A stretch of 64,000 nucleotides of DNA, from NCBI GenBank assembly GCA_021780675.1, contig JAJXYH010000034.1:19889-83888 (forward strand). Direction: 5' to 3'. The notes under the pieces are model-generated. The model was not told the origin of the DNA. It worked only from the letters and a program-made list of their open reading frames with translations, and did no database searches. Positions 19,664 to 29,699 of this stretch are shown one piece after another (within the stretch, counting starts at the first letter, position 1; every line of letters starts with the position of its first letter). This DNA is from a bacterium (GTDB lineage Bacteria > Patescibacteriota > Microgenomatia > Levybacterales > UBA12049). The translations under genes were made by a program, and so were the position numbers.

Positions 19664-20125
19664 ATGGATGAACAATACCAAAAATTGTTAGGGGCTACAT
19701 ATAAATATTTGTCATTTCGGCAAAGAAGTGAAAAAGAAATTACCGATTACTTAAAAAAGAAAAAGGCAGATAAGCAAATTGCTCAAAAAATTATCGAAAG
19801 TTTAAAAAGGCAGAAATTTTTAAATGATGAGGAATTCGCAAGAGCTTGGGTTGAGTCAAGGTCTAAGAATAAAGCATGGCGGGTTATTAAATTTGAATTA
19901 AAACAAAAAGGGATATTAGATGATTTAATTGATAAATATGAATCAAGAATTAAGAATCAAGGTCAAGATAAGAAAAATGCACTTTTCCTTGCACAAAAAC
20001 GAGTAGAACGTTTTAAAAATGAACCATTTCAGAAAGCACGTGAGAAGCTTTTTAGGTTTTTATCGTCAAAAGGTTATGATTACGATACGATCAAAGAGGT
20101 TGTTGATAAGATTTTGAGCAAATAG
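19664..20125 (+). CDS. recX: recombination regulator RecX
   Basis: 153-aa helical-repeat protein immediately after recA. RecX-like repeats (YLSFRQRSEKEI, NDEEFARAWVESR). Confidence 0.75.
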   Translation: MDEQYQKLLGATYKYLSFRQRSEKEITDYLKKKKADKQIAQKIIESLKRQKFLNDEEFARAWVESRSKNKAWRVIKFELKQKGILDDLIDKYESRIKNQGQDKKNALFLAQKRVERFKNEPFQKAREKLFRFLSSKGYDYDTIKEVVDKILSK

Positions 20126-20228
20126 TATAATATGTTAAACAAAAGGAAAATTATGGAAAGATCTTTGTTCGAAATATCATCTTATCCATCAGCCCAGTAA
20201 TTTGGGGTTTTCCTCGTGTTTTAAAATT

Positions 20229-21476
20229 ATGGCACAAACAAATCAGGACCTAATAACTTTAGAAAAAAAGCTGCTCGAAAGAGAAGAAAAGCTTGAAGCG
20301 GAACGAAAAAAACTGGATGAGCTTAAGGAAAAATATCAGGAACGTTTAGAAAAAGTATCCTCACTAACTAAAGACGAGGCAAAAAAACTTTTATTGGATG
20401 AATTAGAATTGAGTGAGTCAAAAGTCGCCGCAAAGCTTATTAAAGAAAAGGAAGAGACAGCAAAATTAGAAGCAGATAAAAAAGCTCAAGAGATTTTGGT
20501 TGATTCGATGAGGCATGGTGCAACTAACTATATTGCCGAATTTACCGTAAGTATTGTAAAAATCCCCGATGAAGAAATTAAAGGAAGAATTATTGGTAAA
20601 GAAGGAAGAAATATTAGGACTTTTGAACAAGCAACGGGAGTTGATGTTGATTTAGACGAGGAAGGAGTAATCAGACTTTCTTCATTCGATCAGATTAGAA
20701 GGGAAGTTGCCAGGAGATCTTTAGAAAAATTAATTAAAGATACAAGAATTCAGCCGTTTAGAATAGAAGAGATAATCGAACAGACCAAAAAAGAAGTTGA
20801 AAAAGTTATGTTTGATGAGGGGGTAAAATTAACGCATGAGGCAGGCGTTTATAATTTACCGGCCGATTTAGTTTCGATATTGGGAAGATTTAAATTTAGG
20901 ACTTCGTTTGGACAAAATTTAGTAGTACACACCTTGGAAGATGTAAAAATCGGTGTTCATATCGCTCAAGAAATTGGAGCTGATACAAACATTGTCCGTT
21001 TAGGCTGTCTATTCCATGATATTGGAAAAGTAATGGAAGGAGAGGGAAGTCATGTTACGCTAGGTGTAGACTTACTTAAAAAACATAGCATTCCTGAAAA
21101 AATTGTTAATTGTGTTGCAGAGCACCACGAAGATAAACCATTTTCTTCAATAGAATCGGTAATTGTACATATTGCCGATCAAATTTCCGGAGCAAGACCA
21201 GGTGCAAGATATCAAGATGTTGAAGAATACGGGAAACGCCTAACAGACATGGAAGAAATTGCCAAAAAATATGATGGCGTTGAAGATGCTTATGCATTTG
21301 AGGCAGGAAGAGAACTTAGGGTTATCATTAATCCGGGGCAATTGGATGATGCTCAAACTACAGTGCTAGCCGCAAAAATAAGAGATGAAGTTTCCAAATC
21401 TCAAGCAGTTCCGGGAGAAATAAAAGTTACCGCGATAAGAGAGTTTAGGGCAGTCGCCACCGAATTTTCCTCTTGA
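20229..21476 (+). CDS. rny: ribonuclease Y (KH + HD domains)
   Basis: Coiled-coil N-terminus, KH domain (IIGKEGRNIRTFE), HD domain (LFHDIGK). The ATG at 20229 is preferred over the track start at 20202. Confidence 0.85.
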   Translation: MAQTNQDLITLEKKLLEREEKLEAERKKLDELKEKYQERLEKVSSLTKDEAKKLLLDELELSESKVAAKLIKEKEETAKLEADKKAQEILVDSMRHGATNYIAEFTVSIVKIPDEEIKGRIIGKEGRNIRTFEQATGVDVDLDEEGVIRLSSFDQIRREVARRSLEKLIKDTRIQPFRIEEIIEQTKKEVEKVMFDEGVKLTHEAGVYNLPADLVSILGRFKFRTSFGQNLVVHTLEDVKIGVHIAQEIGADTNIVRLGCLFHDIGKVMEGEGSHVTLGVDLLKKHSIPEKIVNCVAEHHEDKPFSSIESVIVHIADQISGARPGARYQDVEEYGKRLTDMEEIAKKYDGVEDAYAFEAGRELRVIINPGQLDDAQTTVLAAKIRDEVSKSQAVPGEIKVTAIREFRAVATEFSS

Positions 21477-21554
21477 CATCATTTCGATTACATTGTATTG
21501 TTAAGCTAAATTTAAAGCGTTCATTTTCTTTGAACAGAAAGCGAGGTGAATTAA

Positions 21555-21827
21555 ATGACAAAAAAAGATTTAATAGAGCTTGTAGCTAAAAAAGGAAATC
21601 TTACAAATAAAGCATCAAGAGACGCAGTTTCCGCTTTTCTTAACGGAATTAGAGATTCTCTTAAAAGAGGAGAAAAAGTTGTAATTACCGGTTTTGGAAC
21701 ATTTTCGGTAAGAAAAAGGGCAACCAGGCCGGGAAGAAACCCCAAAACAGGAGAAAAAATTACAATTGCGGCAAGAAAAGCGCCGGGATTTACTCCGGGT
21801 AAAACCCTAAAGAAAGCAGTTAGATAA
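21555..21827 (+). CDS. hup: DNA-binding protein HU
   Basis: 90 aa; GFGTFSVRKRATRPGRNPKTGEKITI is the canonical HU arm. Confidence 0.95.
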   Translation: MTKKDLIELVAKKGNLTNKASRDAVSAFLNGIRDSLKRGEKVVITGFGTFSVRKRATRPGRNPKTGEKITIAARKAPGFTPGKTLKKAVR

Positions 21828-21871
21828 TACACAGAAAATATTTAGGTAGCATTTGTTATAATAGGTTTAAT

Positions 21872-22906
21872 ATGACTTTAAGGCTTAAGAATGTTTTTTT
21901 AATTGTAATAGGAGTTGTTCTTTGCTGGTTTTTATATATAGAAAGAGCAATTCTAACACCTTTTATATTAGCTGCTATTTTTGCTTATATTTTTAATCCG
22001 GTTGTTAATTTCTTTTCGAACAAACTTAAATTTCCCCGAACGCTTTCTGTTATAGGTATTTATATTTTTTTAATATCATTAATTATTTTTTCAGGGGTAA
22101 TTTTTTGGCAAAGAGCAGTTAACGAATCTTTTGAATTAAAGAATGAAGCATATAACATAACTAAAACAGCTAGACATCAAATAAATAATATGCCGAATTG
22201 GTTAAAACCGACAGTTAGTGATACTTTGGATACGATAGAAAAATCTTCTAACATTTCTTATCCTTCAATTTTTTCTTTTTTTCCACAAGTTTTTTCGAGA
22301 GTATTGGGTTTTATTATTTTCCTTTTTAGTGCTTTTTATTTCCTTAAAGAGGGTAGGGGTATGATAGACAGATTGTTAAATAATGCTCCACATAGCTATC
22401 GGATAGAGTTGGATATTTTAATTCGTAAAATAAATTCAGTACTGGTCGGGTATTTGCGTGGACAAATTTTTCTAGTGTTTTTTGTTTCATTAATACTTTT
22501 TGTCTTGCTTACAATTTTAGGAGTTAAATTTTCATTAATTTTAGCTGTTTTTTCAGGATTTGCAGAAATTGTTCCGATTATCGGTCCTATTGTTGCCGCA
22601 GCATTAGCTGCAACTGTTTCTTATCTAGCCGGTGCGTCAAATTTTGGTTTGAATCCTTTTCAGATTGTTATTGCCGTAGTCATAATTTATTTTGTGGTAA
22701 GGCAATTTCAGGATTATTTTATAAACCCTATTATTATGGGTAAAATAACAAAATTGCATCCTCTTATTATTCTTTTTGCAGTTATTGCAGGTGAGCATAG
22801 TGGCGGAATATTAGGATTAATTTTAGCAGTTCCCATTGCGGGAATTTTAAGGATAATTTTTGAATATTCTTTAGAAAAAATTAACGGTCACGAACATCAT
22901 TCTTAA
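21872..22906 (+). CDS. AI-2E family (PerM/UPF0118) membrane transporter
   Basis: 344-aa polytopic membrane protein with the typical 8-TM layout and a conserved central region. Confidence 0.55.
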   Translation: MTLRLKNVFLIVIGVVLCWFLYIERAILTPFILAAIFAYIFNPVVNFFSNKLKFPRTLSVIGIYIFLISLIIFSGVIFWQRAVNESFELKNEAYNITKTARHQINNMPNWLKPTVSDTLDTIEKSSNISYPSIFSFFPQVFSRVLGFIIFLFSAFYFLKEGRGMIDRLLNNAPHSYRIELDILIRKINSVLVGYLRGQIFLVFFVSLILFVLLTILGVKFSLILAVFSGFAEIVPIIGPIVAAALAATVSYLAGASNFGLNPFQIVIAVVIIYFVVRQFQDYFINPIIMGKITKLHPLIILFAVIAGEHSGGILGLILAVPIAGILRIIFEYSLEKINGHEHHS

Positions 22907-22909
22907 TTT

Positions 22910-23317
22910 GGGTTTTGCGGAAGATAGTAAGCCAGATTCTGTTTTTTGGCTCTCAAGTAAACTTTCAAGCTTATCTACAATCTATCTCATTTACGATTTT
23001 TAGTCGCTTAATGGTCCGAATTTACGGACTGCCCTCAAACTTTGATATACCTTTAAAGCAAAGTCTGCTTATTTTTTAAGTAAGCATATCATTCGGAAGT
23101 TGCAGCGGGTGGGATTATCCGTTTCACTCCTACTCGTCTCTGTTACTCTCATATTCCGTCAATTCGGAATATGTTTTCGATACCGTATGTAGGTTAAAGG
23201 TATCGAAACACCAGCTATTACTAGTCGGAACTTACATTCCGTCCCCGGCTTTAGTGCTGTCTGGACTTTCCTCGAATACGTTAATAGTATCCGTAGTAGA
23301 TCCACTTCCGCAAAACC
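22910..23317 (-). ncRNA. rnpB: RNase P RNA (bacterial type A-like)
   Basis: On the minus strand, P1 is GGUUUUGCGGAAG paired with CUUCCGCAAAACC. P3 hairpin is GGAUAC/GUAUUC. The P4 5' strand GAGGAAAGUCCAGAC pairs with the 3' strand ACAGAAUCUGGCUUA, with compensatory CCAG/CUGG changes relative to E. coli CCGG/CCGG. GUAACAGAGAC and GUGAAAC modules are present. About 408 nt in a 0.57-kb ORF-free, GC-enriched gap. Confidence 0.8.
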
Positions 23318-23323
23318 ACATGT

Positions 23324-23352
23324 ATTCTAGCAAATTATCACTCAATTGTCTA
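23324..23352 (-). promoter_or_regulatory. rnpB promoter
   Basis: On the minus strand: TAGACA, 17-nt spacer, TAGAAT, 6 nt, then the G start of P1. Confidence 0.45.
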
Positions 23353-23483
23353 GTCTGCTAACAATACGGGATTAATATAGTTTATAAGGCATTATAGAGG
23401 GTTCCAATACCCTTCGGGCACAGCGAATTACTTAGCCGTTACAAAGGATTTTAGTACCCATTGTTTTGCAAGAGTATCTCATT

Positions 23484-26402
23484 TTATGCATTGCATAATA
23501 TCTTGTATTCGCAGTTTTTACATAAAACATTTTTACTGCATTTAAAATCGCTTTTTTCGATTTCCTTAATTTTTGTAAGTAGTTCATTTTCAAAGCTTTT
23601 TAAATCCTTGGCGGTAAAAGTCATTGACTTTTTTTCATTAGTTTCGATGAAGTGCAAAGTTAAAGTTATGTCTTTTGCACTTCTATTTAAGATCTCGTCT
23701 TTTACTTTTATTGCAGCAAGTGCATATATTGCCAGTTGTAGTTCATGCGCTTTTTGAGCTTTGGGATTGTCCTCACCGGTTTTATAATCAATTATATCAA
23801 TTCCCCCATCTTTTCTTTTGTCTATTCTGTCAATTTTTCCGGAAACTTTTATGTTGCCTTTTAGATTAAAAGAGAATGGAAGCTCTAAAGCCAGCGGTTT
23901 TACCGGCAGATTGGCCTTTTTGCCATAAGGAACATTGCCTGTGGGCTCGCATTCGTTTTTGTAAAAATTTTTAAGAGTTTTTATAGCACGTTCATAATTT
24001 TCTCTTTCGTGTTTTTTATTATTATAGCCTTCATTAATCCAATTTTTATCTAAAATGGTTAGCAATTCCTCTTGGGAAGGAATTTTATTTACTTGAACTA
24101 ATTTATAAAAATTATAAAGAGTATTATGCATCGAAATTCCAAAGCTTTGTACAAAAGATTTAGGCGTTGGGATGTTAAGTATAACTTTTGCTTTATAATG
24201 GAGAGGGCATATGTCAAACATTTGCAGGTTTGAATAATTAATGTAAGTAATTTTTAACGGTTTCTGTTTTTCTTTTTTCTCTTCGGTCTTTTCATAAGAT
24301 GATAATGTTTTTAATAGAGATAGTTGTTCTGTTTCTTTTTCGGTCTTTGTAACTTGAAGTTTTGGTAAGCTTTCAAAAATAAACGGGGACAGTTTCTTAA
24401 GTCTTTTACCTTCTGCGTAAGTTTTAGCAGCTGTAAAGTAAAGTAATTCCTTAGCTCTTGTCATGCCAACATAAAAAAGTCTTCTCTCTTCTTCTATATG
24501 AAAATCGGAGGTTACGGGTAAATTTTCTTTTATTAAATTTTTGGGAAGTTGTATTTTTTCCGCGCGTTCTCTTGTTGGAAAACGGTCAATGACAAGATTG
24601 ACTAAAAAAACAACCTTAAATTCCAATCCTTTACTGGAATGGACAGTTAAAATATTAACAGCATTTTCATTTCTTATATCAAGATCTGCAGCAGTTGGGC
24701 TATCACCGGTTTCAAGCATTAGGTTTATCCATTCAGACGCATCAAAAATACTGCTATTAGGATTTTCCGATTCAAAATTTTTTATTCTGTCAAAAAGTTT
24801 GGCAATGTTTTGAATAGCTTTTTCCTTTTTTAACGAGTCAACGCTATTAAAGGTTAGCAAAAGTCCGGTATCTACCAAAAATGAATAAAGAATTTCTCCG
24901 GCTGTTTCCTTTTTAGCTTTTTCAAGATGCCTTTTAGTCATTTCCCTAAAATGAGTTAGTTTATTTTTTGTTTTTTTGTTCAAGAATTTTTGATCAAGTT
25001 CAAAAAGAGCTTCAAAAAGAGAATAATTTTTGGTCTTTGCAAAATTTAATAAATAATTTAATTCAATAATGGAGATATTAAATATTTCCATAGAAAGAAC
25101 TCTAAAAAGTGATACCGAATCTGAAAGGTTAGATAAAAAATTTAGATAAGCAATTAAATCTTTGATTTCCTCCTGTTTAAAAAGATATCCCGGTCCTAGG
25201 AATTGATAAGGAATTTTATGCCGTTGCAAGGCCTGAGTTATACTCTGTGAATGATTATTGGCTCTCACCAAAATTGCTACATCTTTATAATCATAAGTTT
25301 TAGCTAAAGATTTTATTTCTTTGGCAATATCGTCCGCTTCGTCTTCGCCCCTTGCGGATCTAATTACTCTTATATCTTTTTCTTCTAAATTAGAAACACT
25401 TTTTAGTTTTTTATTAATTTTTTCACTTACTTCAAGTCTGTTAGGATTGTTGTATTGGATTAAATTATAAGAAGCATCAAGTATGGTTTGAGAAGAGCGG
25501 TAATTGTTTGTTAAGACAATTATTTTTGCCTGTTTGTAGTTTTTTCTAAACTGTAATACATTAGATATTGCAGCGCCTCTAAATCTATAAATTGATTGGT
25601 CATCATCTGCAACGACGGTAATATTTTTATTTTTTCTGGCAAGCAGCATTGCCAGTTCATTTTGTGCATAGTTGGTATCCTGGAATTCATCAACTAAAAT
25701 ATATTTAAATAAATTTTGGTAGCGTTTTAAAACATTTGGCCGTTTTCTAAAGACGAGCAGAGTATTTGAAATTAAATCCCCAAAGTCCATTAAAGATTCT
25801 TTTACTTTTATTTCTTCGTAAATTTTGTATGCAGTCGCAAGTTCTATGTATTGATTTTTTTCTTCCAAATTTTTTAATTTTTTCGCCCAAAGAAAATATT
25901 CATTTGGTGTAATATCCTCATCTTTAAGTCTTGAGAAATGTTTAAGTAAGGCGTCTAAGAATTTTGTCGGATTTCCAAGGGGTTTATAAAATTTTAATTT
26001 TAAATCGAATAAATGTCTTTTTAAAAGTAAAATAGACCCCGACTCGGAAATCAATTTGTAGTTTGGGTCAAGGCCGATTGTGTAGGCTTCATCTCTTAGA
26101 ATTTTATCGCAAAAAGAATGAAAAGTATAAATCCACATGTTGGTAAGCCCAAAAGGAAGAAGAACATCTATTCTTTCCTGCATTTCAAAAGCCGCCTTTT
26201 CCGTAAAGGTTAAAGCCAGAATATTTTGTGAGGGGATTTTGCGTTCAACTATTAAGTGTTTAACTCTTTCTGTAATTACTGTAGTTTTTCCCGTGCCCGC
26301 GCCGGCAATAATTAAAAGCGGGCCATTTTTATGCTTGATTGCAGCTTGTTGGTTTTTATCTAAATTTTTATTTCTTTTCATTTCGGTATTGTATTTTACC
26401 AT
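23484..26402 (-). CDS. UvrD/PcrA-type superfamily-1 helicase fused to a C-terminal PD-(D/E)XK (RecB/Cas4-like) nuclease with Cys cluster
   Basis: N-terminal GAGTGKTT Walker A and SF1 motifs. C-terminal IIDYKTG, QLAIY and four Cys (CPLHY...CSKNVLCKNCEYKILC), as in AddB/Cas4-type Fe-S nucleases. 972 aa. Confidence 0.8.
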   Translation of the reverse strand: MVKYNTEMKRNKNLDKNQQAAIKHKNGPLLIIAGAGTGKTTVITERVKHLIVERKIPSQNILALTFTEKAAFEMQERIDVLLPFGLTNMWIYTFHSFCDKILRDEAYTIGLDPNYKLISESGSILLLKRHLFDLKLKFYKPLGNPTKFLDALLKHFSRLKDEDITPNEYFLWAKKLKNLEEKNQYIELATAYKIYEEIKVKESLMDFGDLISNTLLVFRKRPNVLKRYQNLFKYILVDEFQDTNYAQNELAMLLARKNKNITVVADDDQSIYRFRGAAISNVLQFRKNYKQAKIIVLTNNYRSSQTILDASYNLIQYNNPNRLEVSEKINKKLKSVSNLEEKDIRVIRSARGEDEADDIAKEIKSLAKTYDYKDVAILVRANNHSQSITQALQRHKIPYQFLGPGYLFKQEEIKDLIAYLNFLSNLSDSVSLFRVLSMEIFNISIIELNYLLNFAKTKNYSLFEALFELDQKFLNKKTKNKLTHFREMTKRHLEKAKKETAGEILYSFLVDTGLLLTFNSVDSLKKEKAIQNIAKLFDRIKNFESENPNSSIFDASEWINLMLETGDSPTAADLDIRNENAVNILTVHSSKGLEFKVVFLVNLVIDRFPTRERAEKIQLPKNLIKENLPVTSDFHIEEERRLFYVGMTRAKELLYFTAAKTYAEGKRLKKLSPFIFESLPKLQVTKTEKETEQLSLLKTLSSYEKTEEKKEKQKPLKITYINYSNLQMFDICPLHYKAKVILNIPTPKSFVQSFGISMHNTLYNFYKLVQVNKIPSQEELLTILDKNWINEGYNNKKHERENYERAIKTLKNFYKNECEPTGNVPYGKKANLPVKPLALELPFSFNLKGNIKVSGKIDRIDKRKDGGIDIIDYKTGEDNPKAQKAHELQLAIYALAAIKVKDEILNRSAKDITLTLHFIETNEKKSMTFTAKDLKSFENELLTKIKEIEKSDFKCSKNVLCKNCEYKILCNA

Positions 26403-26427
26403 AGATATAAGTTGAGCTTGGGGCAGC

Positions 26428-26565
26428 TTATTGTTGTACGTTTCCTACGTTAGTAGTTGAATTCCGGTTGCTTGAATTGTCGGCTTTATTAGAAAGTAGA
26501 ATAAATATTGAAGATACAATAAGGATAGCTAATATTAGTCCAATAATTAAATATTTCTTTTTCAT
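26428..26565 (-). CDS. small membrane/secreted peptide (45 aa), translationally coupled to rmuC (TAATG)
   Basis: MKKKYLIIGLILAILIVSSIFILLSNKADNSSNRNSTTNVGNVQQ. Its ATG overlaps the rmuC stop. It falls below the ORF-track size cut-off. Confidence 0.3.
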   Translation of the reverse strand: MKKKYLIIGLILAILIVSSIFILLSNKADNSSNRNSTTNVGNVQQ

Positions 26566-27536
26566 TAATCTTTTGAATTTTCTTCGAGTTGTTTAGTTAT
26601 ATTAAGTTTATTGCCAAGCGTTGAAACTGCTGTAGATGCATTCGTAAATTGAGAATAAGCATTATTTATGTGTTTTCCTAAAACCGACATGTTTTCCTCT
26701 ATCTTTTCATAATCCATCTGCATATTTCTTAAAATAGCAAAAACCTCGCGCGATTTACTTTCTATTTTTTTGCCTTCAAACGAAAGAAGAATTGTCTGAA
26801 GACTCGCATATAAAGTAGAGGGAGATACAGGATAAATTCTTAATCTTCTTGAGTATTCCATTACGTCTTCATGATTTACGATTTCATAATAAACGGATTC
26901 GCTTGGAATGTACATTAAAGCAAAATCCATGGTCCCTTCGCTTGGTAAAATATATTTTTTAGAAATTGCATCGATGTGTTTTTTGAGATCTCTTATAAAA
27001 TCTTTTTCAAATTGTTCTTTTTCTTTTATTTCATTTGCTTTTGTCATTTTTTGAAAATTTTCCATCGGAAACTTGCTATCAATAGGTAAGATTCCCGCAT
27101 CGGTTTTTATTGCCGCATCAACCTTTTCTCCGGACTTAAATTCGTATTGTAAGAAAAAACTATTCTTGGGAAACATTTGGGAAATCAAATCTTTTAAAAC
27201 TTGCTCTCCGATATTACCTCTTAATTTAGGACTTTTTAAAAACTCCTGAAGCTCACGCATGTTTCTTCCAATCTCCGACATTTGTCCGATTTCTTTTTCA
27301 ACATCTTTTATTACCCGGGCAGCGTTATCTAGTCTTTCATTTAATTGTTTACTATTTTCCTGCAGTGTTCTTACGGTTTGGGAAGAAGATGAGTTAATTG
27401 TTGATTGCATTGTTTTAAGCCACTCCAAAAGCGTATCATCTGGTTTACCGGCTGATAATTTTTTATTAAGAAGATGATAAATCGAAGCAAAGCCTAAAAT
27501 AATTACAGCTAAAATAATAAGAAGATCGAATTGCAT
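26565..27536 (-). CDS. rmuC: DNA recombination protein RmuC
   Basis: N-terminal TM helix, coiled coil, and a C-terminal RmuC nuclease-like domain (LRGNIGEQVL, DFALMYIPSESVYYE). Confidence 0.75.
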   Translation of the reverse strand: MQFDLLIILAVIILGFASIYHLLNKKLSAGKPDDTLLEWLKTMQSTINSSSSQTVRTLQENSKQLNERLDNAARVIKDVEKEIGQMSEIGRNMRELQEFLKSPKLRGNIGEQVLKDLISQMFPKNSFFLQYEFKSGEKVDAAIKTDAGILPIDSKFPMENFQKMTKANEIKEKEQFEKDFIRDLKKHIDAISKKYILPSEGTMDFALMYIPSESVYYEIVNHEDVMEYSRRLRIYPVSPSTLYASLQTILLSFEGKKIESKSREVFAILRNMQMDYEKIEENMSVLGKHINNAYSQFTNASTAVSTLGNKLNITKQLEENSKD

Positions 27537-27627
27537 GTTTATATTTTACCATTATTAGTAAAGTTAAGTTAAGTATGCTATAAATAAATTATGGAAGGCA
27601 ACGAAGAAGGCAATAAACATCAGCCGA

Positions 27628-28671
27628 TTGAAAGTGCGGAAGCCGCAGAGGAGGCATCCGGATTTAGAGCTTCGCCCAGAAGAATGCTTTCTCAAGAAAG
27701 TGAAGGCGATGAAAATAGATAGCCCACTTACAAATATTCAAGGTTATCTTGATGAGTTTAAGGGTTTTGCCAGTAATGAAGAGTTTATTAAAAGAACTGA
27801 GGATTTAAGAAGATTAATAGGGATTCATCAAAAAGTTAAAGAAGGTTTGGAGCTTGACTCAAAAGATCTAAGATTTTTATATCAAGTAGATTCTCCAATA
27901 GATGATTTTGATTTTGGGGAAGATCTGGGAGTAGCAGATTTACTTAATGGTAGAGACAAAGAGAAAGATATATTGAATCTTTTTGAGTGCGAGAAATCTC
28001 AAATTGCCCGAAGTAAAGATCAGATTAACGAGAGTACTAAGATCTATATTGGACCAGTAAGTAAAGATATTTTTGAATCACTTAAAAAATTTAAAATTGA
28101 TTATATCTATACTAGTTTTCCGGGATCAAGAATTAAAATTCAAGACCTAGAAGTTGAAAGTGAAACAAAGTCAGCAATTAGAAGTCAATTAGAAACATCC
28201 GTGGATATTCAATCAAGTGGGTATGCAAAAGAATTGCTAGGAGTTGAAGGTTTTACTACTGTTGTGGATAGAACATCCGGTTCGGTCGGTTTAACACAGG
28301 AAGATAAAGATTTATTAATAAAAGAACATCCAGGAGCTCTAAACAGGAATTATACTTTAGTAACATTATCTACAGAAGATTTAGGTTTTTCTAATGCACC
28401 AACACTTAAAGAAATTTATGAAAAAGCAAAGACTTTAGGTTTAGAATTATGTCCTTCGGAGCTGGGACCAAAATTTAGATTAAAATTAAAAGACCAAGCG
28501 AGAAATGACCTTGTATATGTTGGTATGGAGCCGATTACAGACCAACCAGGAGACCCTCATATTTTTTCTATTGCGCGGCATGAGGATGAGTTATGGTTAG
28601 ACGATGCATGGACACGAGATACTTATAAATTTGATACGAAGGCAAAGTTTATTTTTTCTCTTTCTAGGTAA
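27628..28671 (+). CDS. hypothetical protein
   Basis: 347-aa ORF with no recognisable domain. The true start may be the downstream ATG (MKIDSPL...). Confidence 0.4.
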   Translation: MKVRKPQRRHPDLELRPEECFLKKVKAMKIDSPLTNIQGYLDEFKGFASNEEFIKRTEDLRRLIGIHQKVKEGLELDSKDLRFLYQVDSPIDDFDFGEDLGVADLLNGRDKEKDILNLFECEKSQIARSKDQINESTKIYIGPVSKDIFESLKKFKIDYIYTSFPGSRIKIQDLEVESETKSAIRSQLETSVDIQSSGYAKELLGVEGFTTVVDRTSGSVGLTQEDKDLLIKEHPGALNRNYTLVTLSTEDLGFSNAPTLKEIYEKAKTLGLELCPSELGPKFRLKLKDQARNDLVYVGMEPITDQPGDPHIFSIARHEDELWLDDAWTRDTYKFDTKAKFIFSLSR

Positions 28672-28673
28672 TT

Positions 28674-29699
28674 TTAGTCGAAATAAAGCTCCGGATTTGC
28701 CGATACATCCTTCCAGTTTTTAAGTTCATGGTTAAAAAATCCCGCCGTTGCTATCATGGCTGCATTATCCGTACAAAGTTTTTTATCCGGTATAAAAAAT
28801 TTTACTGCTAATTTGGAATTTAATATTTCAGTTTCAAATTTTTTCTTAAGTGTTTGATTGGCTGCGACCCCCCCGCCTAAAAGTAATGATTTTGCATGAT
28901 ATTTTTCAATAGCTGCAAAGGTTTTTTGTATCAAAATATCAAAAATTGCATTTTGAAGAGCAAAACAAATTTGAGATATTTCTTTTTCATTTAATTTTTT
29001 TTTCTTTTCCACTTCTCTAAGTACTGCTGTTTTTAGTCCGGAGAAAGAAAAATCAAAGTCCTTTGAATCATGTAGCGGACGTGGGAAATTATAAATATCA
29101 ACATCAGTTTTTTCTGCCAGTTTTTCAATTAACGGACCGGCCGGATAAGGAAGACCTAAAATTCTTCCGGTTTTGTCAAATGCTTCGCCTGCTGCGTCGT
29201 CTCTTGTACCACCTAACCAAATTGTTTCTTTGTGCTTTTTAATGAGTACAAGATCGGTGTGTCCGCCGGAAACAATTAGGGCAATTGCCGGAAATTCAAT
29301 GTCTCTTTTATCGTCGGATTTTATCCAATTTGCATATATATGTCCAAAAAGATGATTAACTGCAATTATGGGTTTATCCCAGGCATATGCAAATGTTCTT
29401 GCTGTTTCAACACCCACCAGTAATGATCCGATAAGCCCCGGGCCTACGGTTACGGCAATAGCATCAATTTCTTCTTTAGGTTTTTTTAAATTTTTTATGG
29501 CATTCTTAATAACCGGAAGAATAAATTTAACTTGCTCTCTGGCTGCAATTTCCGGAATAATTCCACCGGTTTTGGCATGAAGGTCAAGCGAAGAAGAAAT
29601 GACATTTGTTAAAAGTTCAACCTTTTTTCCACCCTTTTCCGCTTTTATTAAAGAAGCAGATGTTTCATCGCAGCTTGTTTCAATTCCTAAAATTATCAT
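28674..29699 (-). CDS. tsaD: tRNA N6-adenosine threonylcarbamoyltransferase TsaD (Kae1/YgjD)
   Basis: MIILGIETSCDETSASL N-terminus and the HxxGH metal motif (NHLFGHIYA); 341 aa. Confidence 0.9.
   Translation of the reverse strand: MIILGIETSCDETSASLIKAEKGGKKVELLTNVISSSLDLHAKTGGIIPEIAAREQVKFILPVIKNAIKNLKKPKEEIDAIAVTVGPGLIGSLLVGVETARTFAYAWDKPIIAVNHLFGHIYANWIKSDDKRDIEFPAIALIVSGGHTDLVLIKKHKETIWLGGTRDDAAGEAFDKTGRILGLPYPAGPLIEKLAEKTDVDIYNFPRPLHDSKDFDFSFSGLKTAVLREVEKKKKLNEKEISQICFALQNAIFDILIQKTFAAIEKYHAKSLLLGGGVAANQTLKKKFETEILNSKLAVKFFIPDKKLCTDNAAMIATAGFFNHELKNWKDVSANPELYFD

Noticed and set aside
18865-19665. Antisense ORFs inside recA (18865-19167 and 19267-19665, minus strand). Similar antisense ORFs lie inside copA, the helicase gene, secA and rpsN.
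   Set aside because: They lie wholly within well-supported genes on the opposite strand. They have low-complexity, Ser/Pro-rich translations and no SD. They are typical low-GC shadow ORFs.
23318-23483. Possible terminator for the helicase-nuclease gene (CCCGAAGGG / GGGTATTGGAACCC on the minus strand) upstream of the rnpB promoter.
   Set aside because: The stems are only 3-4 bp and lack a following U-tract. This is not convincing as an intrinsic terminator.
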